A DNA stretch of 64,000 bases from Ignavibacteriota bacterium. GTDB lineage: Bacteria; Bacteroidota; Ignavibacteria; UBA10030; CAVZMI01. Under the pieces are notes generated by a model. It saw only the letters and a program-made list of their open reading frames with translations. It was not told where the DNA came from and made no database searches. Positions 1 to 11,113 of the stretch are shown here, piece after piece. Both the position numbers and the translations under genes were made by a program. Positions within the stretch are counted from its first letter, which is position 1, and each line of letters starts with the position of its first letter. The DNA lies in NCBI GenBank assembly GCA_963776275.1, contig CAVZMI010000021.1, positions 96,001 through 160,000 on the forward strand. Reading direction: 5' to 3'.

Positions 1-3000
1 TATCTGAACACACTCCGTGGTGGATGGAACGGCGAAATCACTAATCGAAGACAGGATGAATCGGAGTATGTCATTTCGCTCTCGACATCTCCCGTTGTCA
101 ACCAACATGATGAAATCATTTCTCTTGTCGGCATTGCCCGCGATATCACCAATACAAAAAAGAGTGAACAGGCGCTCCAGGAAAGCAATCTGTTCATGGC
201 CGCAGTACTATCGGGATCATTGCAGTACTCAATCATTGCCACCGATCTCGACGGCATCATCACCATATTTAATAAAGGTGCTCAGGAACTTCTCGGCTAT
301 TCCCCTGATGAAGTCATAGGAAAACAAACACCAGAGATGTTCCATATCGAGGAGGAAATTCAGAACAGGGGTAAGGAAATATCACGTGAATTCAGGAAAC
401 TGATCATCGGCTTCGATGTGCTGAGTGCATATGCTTCGCATGGCCGAATTGACGAACGCGAATGGACCTATGTACGAAAAGACGGAAAACACATTCCCGT
501 CCTTCTAAGCGTTACTTCCCTCCGCAATACAGCCGGAGCCGTAATCGGATATCTCGCGGTCGCCCGTAGCCTTGAGGCCCAGAAACAGGCTGAGCGAGAA
601 CTATCTGAAAGAGAAAAATATCTGCGCGGTATACTCGACACCATGGGGGATGCACTTGTCACGCTGGACACACGGTGGCTGATCCAGAGCGCGAATAGAG
701 CCGCCCGGCATCTGACCGATATTTCTCCCGTTGATCTTTTTGAAAAGCCATTTAGCAATCTATTTGCTCCGGAATATCTGCCGGATGACGCCAACATCCG
801 GGCCTCTCTTGAGAATTCCGATACTGTTAGTCTTGAGAGCATGTGGATACGGGAGAATGAAACGCGGTTCTGGGTTTCTCTCACTGTCTCCACTCTCCGG
901 AACGATAAAGGCGATCGCATCGGTTACGTTGCCAATGCAAAAGACGTCAGCGAGCTTAAGCAAACCGAAGAACAGCGTTCGGTTCTTCTCGAGATTTCCC
1001 ATATCATCAACTCGGCCGAAACCATCGACGACCTCTGTGAACAGTCGGTTAATGCCATTTCGCAGCTTCTTGATATGTCCGCCGGGAACATCATGATATA
1101 TGATGAAACAACACGCACTCTCCGGCTGGCGTATCAATTGGGGTTTCCGGACAACGTCATTGAACAGTTCCAGACTCTGACAGTCGGTCCGGATGAAAAA
1201 AACGTTGCCGCACACACCGCCCATTATCAAGAAACGATCATCATCGACGATCTTGCGAATTCATCTCTTCGTCATTATGCGGAGGATATGGTCGGACGGG
1301 ATAATCTCAAGACAATGATCAGTACACCGCTTTTCACGGCTCGCGAATTAGTTGGAGTGCTTCAATTACTCTCCACGCGTCCACGGGAATTTCTCGACAA
1401 TGAATTTCAAATCGTTAAAATCCTGGCCTACGAACTTGCGAACGGCATCATCCGTAGACGACTGGAAGAACAGGCGCGTGCACAAGCCGAGCGCCTGAGC
1501 GCTGCAAACAATCGTCTGCAAACGCTCAACACAATCACTACTGTCCTCAGCAGTACGCTTGATCTGGCCGAACTGCTTGAAAGCAGTCTGCAGGCAATTC
1601 TTAAATACGTCGGTTTCATGGTTGGCCGTGTCTATCTCCGTAAAGAAGATTATCTGGAACTTGCGGTGACATACCCGGGTGTCGAAAAAGTCGGAGAACG
1701 GCTTCTGACGATCGATCTCCATGATACGATTCACGGCAAGGCTGCGCTGGGGGTGCCCGTGATTATTAACGACACCCATGCGCCTGAATCATTGCAGCTT
1801 GATCCGTGGTTTTCACGATTCCCACGCTACACTTTCGGCGCATTTCCGATTATCCATCATAACAGCGTCGTCGGTGTTCTCAACGTTACCCGTGCAACCT
1901 ATGAGCCGTTCTCACAAGATGTAATAGAGCTATTGATAGAAATTTGCCAGCAGCTCGGTGTAGCAATAGAAAACGCACGGCTGTACTCCGAAGAACAACG
2001 CCGCGCCGGGATCCAGGAGACATTGAACCGCATTTCTCAATTGACCGCGTCGGCCCTGGATATAAATACCGTGCTTGATACATCAATGAAGGAGTTTTGT
2101 AAGATTCTCAAAGCCGACCGCGGCAGCCTGTTCTTCTACAACGAAAGCAGCAATTCTATCGAGGGTCAGGTAGGACTCGGTTACAAGCGGGAAGAGATCG
2201 AAAAAGCACGGTTTGCAGTTACATCATTGCCTCTTGTTCAACAAGTGTTTCTCACACGCAGGCCGATCTTCGTCGAGAATGTTAAAGAACAGGAACCGGC
2301 GAGCAAGGCAGTTGATATAGAACAGACACCATGGTCGATTCTTTCGGCACCTCTGACAACAGAGGATAAAGTTACCGGATTACTCTTTGCAGTTTACAAT
2401 TCACATCGCCGGCTTACCAGTGATGAAATCGATCTTGCACAAAACATCGCCCATCAAATCGCAGGCGTAATTGCACGTGTCAGATTATTCCGGCAATTAA
2501 CGACAACAAATGAAGAGCTCGAGCGTGCCAATAAGGTGAAAGCCGCCTTCCTGGCAAATATGTCACACGAGCTGCGAACACCGTTGAACTCAATTATAGG
2601 ATTTTCCGATCTGCTCATGAAGAGTAAAAAGGAGCCGCTTAGTCCGCGGCAGCAGGACTCGCTCGGAAAGGTTCTGCGGAATGCCCGTCACCTGCTGCAG
2701 ATGATAAATGATGTGCTTGATATCTCGAAGATTGAAGCCGGACGAATGGAGATTGTGCTCGAAACCTGCTCACTCAACGATATTATTAACGCAAGCATAA
2801 CAACAATAGAACCTATCATTGGCGATAAACCGGTTACACTGCGCGAAGAAGTCCATGAAACGTTTCCATTGATCCGGGCCGATTCGACAAAGTTACGACA
2901 AGTGCTTCTCAATCTCCTCAGTAATGCGGCAAAATTTACTCAACAGGGCGAGGTTGTCCTGCGTGGATTCCGGAATGACGGTACCATCGTTATCCAGGTC

Positions 3001-3276
3001 CAGGACAGTGGTATTGGAATCGAGGAGAAGAATATTGAAAAAATATTCATAGAATTTGAGCAGGCTGACAGCAGTACAACTCGAAAATACGGGGGAACAG
3101 GACTTGGTCTGGCAATTTCTCGGAAATTTGCCCGGATGATGGGGGGCGACATCACCGTCGAGAGTGTTATTGGACACGGATCGACGTTCACGTTCACATT
3201 CCCGCTCATCCCGGTCGAGAAGGCCCATTCCTCATTCGAGCAATCAACACAGCCAGAAACAGCAGAAAAAAAATAG
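1..3276 (+). CDS. Multi-sensor histidine kinase (PAS/PAC x>=3, GAF x3, HisKA, HATPase_c); 5'-truncated by window edge
   Basis: Frame is open from base 1 (…ISLSTSPVVNQHDEIISLVGIARDIT, a PAC motif) into the 196..3276 ORF. H-box FLANMSHELRTPL, N-box LLNLLSNAAKFT, G-boxes DSGIGI and GGTGLGL. Confidence 0.93.
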   Translation, partial: YLNTLRGGWNGEITNRRQDESEYVISLSTSPVVNQHDEIISLVGIARDITNTKKSEQALQESNLFMAAVLSGSLQYSIIATDLDGIITIFNKGAQELLGYSPDEVIGKQTPEMFHIEEEIQNRGKEISREFRKLIIGFDVLSAYASHGRIDEREWTYVRKDGKHIPVLLSVTSLRNTAGAVIGYLAVARSLEAQKQAERELSEREKYLRGILDTMGDALVTLDTRWLIQSANRAARHLTDISPVDLFEKPFSNLFAPEYLPDDANIRASLENSDTVSLESMWIRENETRFWVSLTVSTLRNDKGDRIGYVANAKDVSELKQTEEQRSVLLEISHIINSAETIDDLCEQSVNAISQLLDMSAGNIMIYDETTRTLRLAYQLGFPDNVIEQFQTLTVGPDEKNVAAHTAHYQETIIIDDLANSSLRHYAEDMVGRDNLKTMISTPLFTARELVGVLQLLSTRPREFLDNEFQIVKILAYELANGIIRRRLEEQARAQAERLSAANNRLQTLNTITTVLSSTLDLAELLESSLQAILKYVGFMVGRVYLRKEDYLELAVTYPGVEKVGERLLTIDLHDTIHGKAALGVPVIINDTHAPESLQLDPWFSRFPRYTFGAFPIIHHNSVVGVLNVTRATYEPFSQDVIELLIEICQQLGVAIENARLYSEEQRRAGIQETLNRISQLTASALDINTVLDTSMKEFCKILKADRGSLFFYNESSNSIEGQVGLGYKREEIEKARFAVTSLPLVQQVFLTRRPIFVENVKEQEPASKAVDIEQTPWSILSAPLTTEDKVTGLLFAVYNSHRRLTSDEIDLAQNIAHQIAGVIARVRLFRQLTTTNEELERANKVKAAFLANMSHELRTPLNSIIGFSDLLMKSKKEPLSPRQQDSLGKVLRNARHLLQMINDVLDISKIEAGRMEIVLETCSLNDIINASITTIEPIIGDKPVTLREEVHETFPLIRADSTKLRQVLLNLLSNAAKFTQQGEVVLRGFRNDGTIVIQVQDSGIGIEEKNIEKIFIEFEQADSSTTRKYGGTGLGLAISRKFARMMGGDITVESVIGHGSTFTFTFPLIPVEKAHSSFEQSTQPETAEKK

Positions 3277-3371
3277 AACATGAATGGTATTTTCTCAAAA
3301 TCAGAAAAGAGCACATTTGAACAAGAATAATTTTGACGTGAACAAAAGAACCATCCGGGATTACGACACAT

Positions 3372-4481
3372 ATGCCTGACATACTACAAATGATTTTGGT
3401 TGTTGACGACACGCCGGATAATGTTGATCTTCTGGAAGCATTTCTTTCGGATTACGATTATATCGTAGTCACAGCCGGGAGCGGTAAAGAATGTCTGGTA
3501 AAAGCCGTCTCCGATCACCCAAACCTGATCATTCTTGATATCCGCATGCCGGAAATGGACGGATATGAAACGTTAACACGATTAAAAGCGCTTCCGCAAA
3601 CAAAACAGATACCTGTGATCTTACTGACCGCAGAACGCCGTGATCCGGGCGATATCGAAAAAGGATTCCAGCTGGGAGCCGAGGAATATCTCACAAAACC
3701 AATCAACATGGAAGAACTGCTCGTCCGAGTCAAAGCGATCCTTCAGAGCAAAGAGGCGGAGCAGCAGCTCGAAAGATATAAAGCTGATTTTACTTCCATG
3801 CTGGTGCATGATCTTCGGGGACCTCTTGGAGCAATGAAGGGCCTTATCGAATACGCCCTCAGTGAGGATAATTTATCTACGGCACAAGATGAAGTACTTA
3901 ATCTGGCCATTGATGCAAGTAATAAAATGCTCGATCTGGTAAACGATTTGCTGGATCTGTCACGGTTTGAATCCGGAAACATTCAATTGACAAAAGAACC
4001 GTCCGAAATGTATACGCTACTACAAACTGCCTGCCAGCGCATGCAACCGCTGGCACGAAAAAAAAACATCACGCTCGAATGTATTCCGGATAAATCCCTT
4101 CCCAAGATTACAATGGATGCCCGCCGGATCGATCAAGTGCTTATGAACCTCCTGACCAATGCCGTTAAATTTACAAAAGAAGGAGGCAGGATTACAGTAC
4201 GCTCGCAGAAGACCGAAATTGTCGACGATCTCCCGCAACAACTTCGTGCTGTGAGTGTTTCTGTGGCCGACACCGGGGAAGGAATCGGCCCGGAAGAGCT
4301 GCATCTTGTATTCGACAAATACAAACAAACAAAAACCGGCCGCCTTTCGCAACACAAAGGAACCGGACTTGGACTGGCAATCTGCAAGAGTATTGTTGAA
4401 GCGCACGAAGGGAAAATCTGGGTCGAATCTGTTGTCGGTCAGGGAACCACATTTACATTTGCTATTCCAATCGGGGATTAA
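3372..4481 (+). CDS. Hybrid response regulator-histidine kinase (REC-HisKA-HATPase)
   Basis: N-terminal receiver (VVDD…LDIRMP…KP), H-box VHDLRGPL, NLLTNAVKFT, GTGLGL. Confidence 0.92.
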   Translation: MPDILQMILVVDDTPDNVDLLEAFLSDYDYIVVTAGSGKECLVKAVSDHPNLIILDIRMPEMDGYETLTRLKALPQTKQIPVILLTAERRDPGDIEKGFQLGAEEYLTKPINMEELLVRVKAILQSKEAEQQLERYKADFTSMLVHDLRGPLGAMKGLIEYALSEDNLSTAQDEVLNLAIDASNKMLDLVNDLLDLSRFESGNIQLTKEPSEMYTLLQTACQRMQPLARKKNITLECIPDKSLPKITMDARRIDQVLMNLLTNAVKFTKEGGRITVRSQKTEIVDDLPQQLRAVSVSVADTGEGIGPEELHLVFDKYKQTKTGRLSQHKGTGLGLAICKSIVEAHEGKIWVESVVGQGTTFTFAIPIGD

Positions 4482-4484
4482 ACT

Positions 4485-5844
4485 ATGGACCATTCACAGT
4501 GTCGTGTTCTTGCTGTTGATGACGAAGAGGCGTTCCGGGAAGTCATCATGTCGCTCCTTTCCGAAGAAGGATATCCTGTCACAACAGCGATAGATGGCGT
4601 CGAAGCTATCAATCTACTCCAGCAGAACCTTTTTGATGTAATACTCCTTGATATTCGTATGCCAAAAGTGGACGGTGTAGAGGTCATCAAATATCTCCGG
4701 GAACACATGCCGGACGCTCAGGTGATTATGCTCACCGGCGTGACGGAGTTGAAACTGGCGGTCGAATGTATGAAACTCGGCGCATATGATTTCATTGCAA
4801 AACCGCATTCGACGCCGGAGTTATTGACAACCGTCGAACGTGCATACGAGAAAAAACAGCTTCTGATCGAAAATAGAACGATGAAAGAGGAGTTAAGCAG
4901 AGTTGTGGGGCCGAGCGACATCATCGGGAAAAGCAATGCGCTCAAGGAAGTCATACGCATCGCGGGCCGTGTTGCTCCGACAGAATCAACCGTTCTGATT
5001 CAAGGTGGAAGCGGAACGGGGAAAGAACTCCTTGCCCATTTTGTCTTCAAAAACAGCAATAGAAAAGAGAAACAATTTGTAATCGTGAACTGCGCATCGA
5101 TTCCCGATACTCTAATCGAGAGCGAACTCTTCGGGCACGAAAAAGGAGCATTCACCGATGCCCATCAGCAAAAACAAGGGCTCGTTGAACTTGCCAATGG
5201 AGGAACGCTTTTCCTTGACGAAGTGGGCGATGTCAGTCCGATCATCCAGCCAAAACTGCTGCGGTTTATTCAATCGGGCGAATTCCGCCGTGTCGGCGGC
5301 AATACGGCATTACGAGCCGATGTACGAATCATTTCGGCAACAAATAAAGATCTCCGTGAAGAAGTGAAACTTGGACGATTTCGCGAGGATCTTCTGTACC
5401 GCTTGAATGTCATTACCATTACTATCCCGCCGCTTTGCGAGCGTAAAGAGGACATTCCCGATATCGCTCAGTTTTTCCTGCAGTCAAAATTGCGCTCGAA
5501 AACAAAGAAAACAATCAACCCGGCAGCAATGGATCTACTTATGCGTTATGATTGGCCCGGGAATATTCGTGAACTTGAAAATGTGATCGAGCGGGCAGCA
5601 ATTCTTTCACGGGGGACCGTCATTGATCCTGCCGATCTTTCACTCGGCACCTTCATCTCCGGTGGAAAAAGAGCAGAGCGAAATTGTCGGCACCTCGGTG
5701 TCGCTAGAGCATATCCAGCGTCTCCATATTGAAAAAGTTCTGAAAACACAGAATTGGAACAAGACATCCGCCGCCAAGATTCTTGAGATCAGCTTGAAAA
5801 CTCTTTACACAAAAATTCAACAATATGGATTAAAGCAGGAATAG
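4485..5844 (+). CDS. Sigma54-dependent NtrC-family response regulator (REC-AAA+-Fis HTH); one frameshift near 5648, probably a sequencing error
   Basis: GGSGTGKE Walker [32 protein letters not shown]. The Fis-type HTH ([22 protein letters not shown]) lies in the adjacent frame (5623..5844 ORF). Confidence 0.9.
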
Positions 5845-6236
5845 CTCCTTCGATATCACAATAAAAACTCCAAAAACCGCACCCCGCGCAATACGACTCA
5901 ATTGCAGGGGAATATTCTACGGCGGTGGAGGAAAAACAGCCCTCGACTGGAAATGCTACCGTGCATTCGAAAAGAGTATGAGACATTTGCGGCGTGCGCG
6001 AAAAAACATTTCAAAGGCAACCTTGCAGGAAAATTTTTATGTCATGTCAATGCGGGATATCGACAGTCAAATGAAAATGCTCGAAGATGGAATATTCATA
6101 TACCAATATTGAACAGATAAGAGGCAACATAGATTAATCCACATCCCCAGAAAAAGCAACATTTCTTTCTCATTGCACGTACATAGGGTAGATATAGGAA
6201 TGTTAATCGAAATATACAACAACGATACTATCTGTC

Positions 6237-7445
6237 ATGATTGACCCTGTTAAATTCAAAAAAATCATCTTTCTCGCACTCAAGATTATCATTGTCATCG
6301 AGCTTATTTCGGCATTTGGAGAGGGAATTCACGGTAATTGGACTCGTTTTGCGGGCGACCTGATCATCGCCGTCTTTCTTTATCTTACATGGGATAGATT
6401 GAAGTATGCCATTGCACAACGAAAGCAAATTTCGCGTCAGAAAATCGAACTCTCTACTGAACATATCCGGCTCTGGGATGCTCTGGCATTCTCGCTTTTA
6501 TGGAGCGATGAAATCTACACCGACATTCCGGAAGACCGGAAACGGCTTGTTGTGATTTCATATACGCTTATTGCGCTGGGAGTAATCGCCGCATTTTTCC
6601 ACATCGGCAGCGGACTGATGATGGTGGTAATCGTTGGCGGATTGATACTTGGTGCGGTCAATCTTCTCGCCTGGGTGGTCTCTCTCGAACGCGAGGCGAA
6701 AGAATCTCTTCAGACCGAACTCGCACTCGCCCACGATGTTCAAATTTCACTGATGCCAAAAACGGAGCCATCGTTACCGGGATACGATATTGCAGGCATG
6801 TCGCTTCCTGCCCAGGAGGTGGGTGGCGATTATTACGATTACACGTTTGTCGGCGGGGGAAATGAAAGATTTGGAATATCAATCGTCGATGTCTCGGGAA
6901 AAGGAATGCAGGCGGCAATGTCGGTCGTATTTACCAGCGGCGCATATGCAAGCGAAGCGAAACAATCGGGATCACCTGCAGAAATCCTCACACGACTGAA
7001 CCGCTCCATTTATACCCATACAAAGCGGGGACATTTCGTTTCGTTTCTTCTTACCGTTCTCAACCTCTCTGGTCAAACACTATGTTTTGCAAATGCGGGG
7101 CAAACAAAACCGATGCTGTATTCGTCAAAGCGCGCCGAACATCTGAATTCTGTTGGAATCACATTTCCACTCGGAATGAAAGAAGACAGCACCTATGAGG
7201 AACGAAGTATCCAGCTGCAAAGCGGTGATATTGTTTTTCTCCTGACCGACGGGATAACAGAAGCGATGAATGAACAGAAGGAATTGTTTGGTAACGAACG
7301 ACTTGAACAATGTATTAAACAGACCGATCTCTCGGGTATGAACGCCCGACAAATTATGAACCGCATTTCCGAGTGTGTCAGGCAGTTCAGCAATGGATCG
7401 GCGCAGCATGACGACATGACACTGGTCGTCGTCAAAGTCCTTTAA
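6237..7445 (+). CDS. Membrane-anchored PP2C-family (SpoIIE/RsbU-like) Ser/Thr phosphatase
   Basis: Several N-terminal TM segments; motifs EVGGDYYD, DVSGKG, NAGQ, LTDGITEA, DDMT. Confidence 0.88.
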   Translation: MIDPVKFKKIIFLALKIIIVIELISAFGEGIHGNWTRFAGDLIIAVFLYLTWDRLKYAIAQRKQISRQKIELSTEHIRLWDALAFSLLWSDEIYTDIPEDRKRLVVISYTLIALGVIAAFFHIGSGLMMVVIVGGLILGAVNLLAWVVSLEREAKESLQTELALAHDVQISLMPKTEPSLPGYDIAGMSLPAQEVGGDYYDYTFVGGGNERFGISIVDVSGKGMQAAMSVVFTSGAYASEAKQSGSPAEILTRLNRSIYTHTKRGHFVSFLLTVLNLSGQTLCFANAGQTKPMLYSSKRAEHLNSVGITFPLGMKEDSTYEERSIQLQSGDIVFLLTDGITEAMNEQKELFGNERLEQCIKQTDLSGMNARQIMNRISECVRQFSNGSAQHDDMTLVVVKVL

Positions 7446-7533
7446 AAAACTTCGCGGCGCAAAACATGCCGCCGCACAAATTACCTCTTCTCTACAAATC
7501 CTCCTTCGTCTGTGTCGAATAAAAACCAATACT

Positions 7534-8604
7534 TCAGAATTTAATTTGAAGTCCCAACAATAACAGGTCGTTATCCACTGATGGAGTCGGTGAAGTCTCT
7601 GTACGTGCAAAATAATTTAGTTGCAGTTTGGCAATTTCTTTTTCTTCCTTCATAAAGAAATATGTTCCGCCGAGGACAAGTGTCTGATGCTCCCCTGTAA
7701 CCGAACCTCCGGTTTTTACTTCCATCCATTCATATCGGAGAACGCCTTGAATCTGCGGATTAAATTTATAATCGAACAGGATATAATATCCTTTGAAACT
7801 GCTTTCCTTTGCCGGATTATCCTTATTATTCCCGCCGGCATATTCAGCCCGAATCATCATCCCGGATGCATCGCTCACATTGACTACGGCTGAAAATGTC
7901 TGACGATCCAATTTTTTACTGCTCAAACCAGAACTTGTACTGTCTATGCTTTCTTGTTTATTTCTTGCATAATGGCCACCGACGATAATATTTTTCAACG
8001 GCTCGATATCGATGCGTCCTCCGATTAGTCCATCACCGAATTTTCTTGAGATGATGCCGGTTCTGCTGGCGTAATTAAACCGCCCTCTTCCGTTTCCAAA
8101 ATATGCACCATATTTAACCATATCAATATTCCCCGAGGCCATGAGTCCTACATCTCGGTATGAATCTAGATTCATCGTTGTGTAAATCGTGGAAGCTATA
8201 TCGGAGATTTCAAGACATTCAGTGTTGGCGCTCGAAATTGTCGATGTCTCGTACATCTGTGTCGGTGCAATGAATTGTCCAACGGTGATATTGAATGCAG
8301 GATCAATTTTCACCGTCGATGCAAAATCTAAAAGGATATTTTGAGAACCGGCAAATTCTAAGAGAACGTTGTAGTTGAACATTTCAGAGATATCGCCCTT
8401 AAAACCCAATCGTGCGCGTCGAATTCGAAATCCCGATGTATAGGGTGCAGGCGCGTTGGCTATCCCCTTTGTTCCTTCCCTCAAAATCAGCCAGTTCTGG
8501 ACATACCCTCCGATTTTCATCGTCGGTGTTTGTGCATTAACCACGGTCGATGAAAAGAAAAGAACAATCATTGTTACGATAAGATACACAACGGAGTTTT
8601 TCAT
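7534..8604 (-). CDS. Outer-membrane porin, phosphate-selective porin O/P-like
   Basis: Signal peptide, GFRIRRARLG motif, alternating beta-strands, C-terminal QIKF. Confidence 0.72.
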   Translation of the reverse strand: MKNSVVYLIVTMIVLFFSSTVVNAQTPTMKIGGYVQNWLILREGTKGIANAPAPYTSGFRIRRARLGFKGDISEMFNYNVLLEFAGSQNILLDFASTVKIDPAFNITVGQFIAPTQMYETSTISSANTECLEISDIASTIYTTMNLDSYRDVGLMASGNIDMVKYGAYFGNGRGRFNYASRTGIISRKFGDGLIGGRIDIEPLKNIIVGGHYARNKQESIDSTSSGLSSKKLDRQTFSAVVNVSDASGMMIRAEYAGGNNKDNPAKESSFKGYYILFDYKFNPQIQGVLRYEWMEVKTGGSVTGEHQTLVLGGTYFFMKEEKEIAKLQLNYFARTETSPTPSVDNDLLLLGLQIKF

Positions 8605-8720
8605 AAGAGATCCCTTTATGATGTGAGAATATTACAAACGAGAGATGTAAGTGTCGATAGTGCAATAATATAATAAATGATATAGAGAAGCAAGCTTTTC
8701 CATTCCTATATCACATTATC

Positions 8721-8749
8721 TTGCAGATGCTATATCTCTTTTGTATCTT
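8721..8749 (+). promoter_or_regulatory. Sigma70-type promoter for hutI-ftcd operon
   Basis: TTGCAG-17 nt-TATCTT, about 50 nt upstream of the hutI ATG. Confidence 0.5.
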
Positions 8750-8799
8750 ACTTTTACTATGTTTAGCAATATCTTATTTTTACGCTATCCAGCAACAAC

Positions 8800-10047
8800 A
8801 TGATGAATTTGCTTATTACAAATATCGGGCAACTTGTTACCGTTGCATCCAATGGAGCTGCTGTGAAAACAGGTGCCGACATGCAGGATATCGGTGTGAT
8901 CGAGAATGCCGCGGTACGCATTATTAACGGAAATATCGAACGTATCGGTTCATCAGGTGTACTTTGCGGAGAAACAGACAACACTATTGATACACTCGAT
9001 GCAGACGGACGAATAGCTGTTCCCGGCTTTGTCGATGCTCATACCCACGCCTGTTTTGTCGGCGGCCGCCACCATGAATTTGCACTTCGGAGCCGGGGAG
9101 CTTCAGACCAGCAAATCGACGATCAAGAAGGAGGGGTTTTAAGTATGGTGAAATCGGTACGGCTCGCCACCCGAAGGGATCTAAAACGGGCTACCGATCG
9201 TCATCTCGACGCGATGTTACGCCATGGAACGACAACAGTTGAAATCAAAACGGGGTACGGTCTGAACATGGAAAGTGAAATCACGATGCTCGAAGCAATT
9301 CAAGATGTGCAAAAAGAACACTACGTCGATGTTGTTCCGACATTCCTACCAGCTCATGCTGTTCCTCCGGAATATCGAGAAGACAGAGCAGGTTATATCC
9401 GGTCAATCACTGAAAAAATGATCCCATACGTCGGGAAGAGAAAATTGGCCCGTTATTGCGATGTTATCTGTGAGCGCGGATATTTCTCGGTAGAAGAAAC
9501 CCGTGAAATTCTTACGGTTGTAAAGAACCATGGAATGCAGGCGAAAATCCACGCCGAGAAATTGACGAACACCGGCGGGACAGAACTTGGCGTAGAGTTA
9601 AATGCTGTTTCGGTCGATCATCTCGTACATGTTTCCGAAAGAGGAATCAAAGCATTGCAATCATCACGGACGATCGCAGTACTCCTGCCTGGCGTATCTT
9701 TTTTTCTCAACCATTCATATGCGCCTGCGCGAGCACTCATCGATGCCGGAATCCCTGTTGCTCTTGCCAGCGATTTTAATCCGGGCTCCTGTATGTCGTT
9801 TTCAATGCCCCTCATGATGACGATTGCCTGCACTCATATGCGAATGACGCCGGAGGAAGCCATAACCGCATCTACACTGAATGCAGCAGCTGCGATTGGG
9901 GTCTCGGACCGCCTCGGAAGTATTGAGGTTGGCAAAAAAGCTGATATAATAATTCTTGACATTCCTCACTACCTGTACGTTCCATATTTTTTTGGTGTCA
10001 ATCATGTGTGGCGAATAATTAAGAACGGCACTATCCTTGAATTCTGA
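8800..10047 (+). CDS. hutI: Imidazolonepropionase
   Basis: PGFVDAHTH, GTTTVEIKTGYGL, SVDHL, ASDFNPGS, GSIEVGKKAD; translationally coupled (TGATG) to ftcd. Confidence 0.88.
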   Translation: MMNLLITNIGQLVTVASNGAAVKTGADMQDIGVIENAAVRIINGNIERIGSSGVLCGETDNTIDTLDADGRIAVPGFVDAHTHACFVGGRHHEFALRSRGASDQQIDDQEGGVLSMVKSVRLATRRDLKRATDRHLDAMLRHGTTTVEIKTGYGLNMESEITMLEAIQDVQKEHYVDVVPTFLPAHAVPPEYREDRAGYIRSITEKMIPYVGKRKLARYCDVICERGYFSVEETREILTVVKNHGMQAKIHAEKLTNTGGTELGVELNAVSVDHLVHVSERGIKALQSSRTIAVLLPGVSFFLNHSYAPARALIDAGIPVALASDFNPGSCMSFSMPLMMTIACTHMRMTPEEAITASTLNAAAAIGVSDRLGSIEVGKKADIIILDIPHYLYVPYFFGVNHVWRIIKNGTILEF

Positions 10048-11075
10048 TGGCTACAAAACAAATTGTCGAATGCGTCCCTAATTTTAGTGAAGGACAGAAT
10101 GCCGATACCATCAACGCAATCGCTGATGCAATCCGCCGTGTCCCCGGCGTCAAGTTACTCAATCTCGAACCGAATGCCGATTATAACCGGACAGTCGTGA
10201 CTTTCATCGGCGACCCTGAAGGTATTGTCGAGGCGGCATTTCAGGCTACAAAAGTTGCTGCAGAGCGGATCGATATGAGGGCACATAAAGGTGAACATCC
10301 ACGGCTGGGAGCCGCCGACGTCGTGCCATTTATTCCTATCATCGGTTTAACGATGCGCGATTGTGTAGAACTTGCAAACAGCTATGGTGAACGTGTGGCA
10401 AAGAAATTGAATATTCCGGTGTATCTATATGAGGAAGCCGCCCGGATTCCCGAACGGAAAAACCTCGCAACCGTACGCAAGGGAGAATATGAAGGACTTC
10501 CCGAAAAACTCCGCGACCCGAATTGGAAACCGGATTTTGGTGAGGCACAATTCAATCCGAAATCGGGAGCGACTGTGACCGGTGCCCGTACTTTTTTAAT
10601 TGCATACAACGTCAATCTCAACACAAACAACCAGAGCTATGCCCATGAGATTGCACTGAGGATTCGCGAAAGCGGCCGTCCGTTGAAGGATGAGCATGGA
10701 CAAATTGTGAAAGATGCTCATGGAAATACCGTCAATATTCCGGGATCATTAAAATCGGTAAAAGCAATCGGAGTCTTTCTCGAAAAATATAGCATTGCCC
10801 AGGTATCGATTAATCTTACAAATTATGAAATCACTCCTCCTCATGTCGCCTTCGAAGAAGTCTCAAAGCATGCACAAAAGCTGGGTATACAGACCAATGG
10901 AAGTGAAATCGTTGGATTAACACCAAAGGCTGCCCTGATACTCGCCGGACAGTTTTATTCACAGGGCAATCTGTTTCAGGAGGACCAATTAATCGATTTA
11001 GCAATCAAACGACTTGGATTGAGCCAGCTTGAACCGTTTGATCCACATAAAAAAATCATCGAATTTTTATTATAA
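10047..11075 (+). CDS. ftcd: Glutamate formimidoyltransferase
   Basis: VECVPNFSEG, HKGEHPRLGAADVVPF, GARTFLIAYNVNL, QVSINL. Confidence 0.92.
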   Translation: MATKQIVECVPNFSEGQNADTINAIADAIRRVPGVKLLNLEPNADYNRTVVTFIGDPEGIVEAAFQATKVAAERIDMRAHKGEHPRLGAADVVPFIPIIGLTMRDCVELANSYGERVAKKLNIPVYLYEEAARIPERKNLATVRKGEYEGLPEKLRDPNWKPDFGEAQFNPKSGATVTGARTFLIAYNVNLNTNNQSYAHEIALRIRESGRPLKDEHGQIVKDAHGNTVNIPGSLKSVKAIGVFLEKYSIAQVSINLTNYEITPPHVAFEEVSKHAQKLGIQTNGSEIVGLTPKAALILAGQFYSQGNLFQEDQLIDLAIKRLGLSQLEPFDPHKKIIEFLL

Positions 11076-11113
11076 AGATAATCCCACATCCACTATTAAA
11101 GACACATTAGACT

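Noticed and set aside
5902-6120. 72-aa ORF between ntrC and the PP2C gene
   Set aside because: TTG start, no RBS or recognisable motif; likely non-coding.
6123-6134. 12-mer ggcaacatagat shared (inverted) with 59161-59172
   Set aside because: A single 12-bp match among several kb of AT-rich intergenic DNA is plausible by chance.
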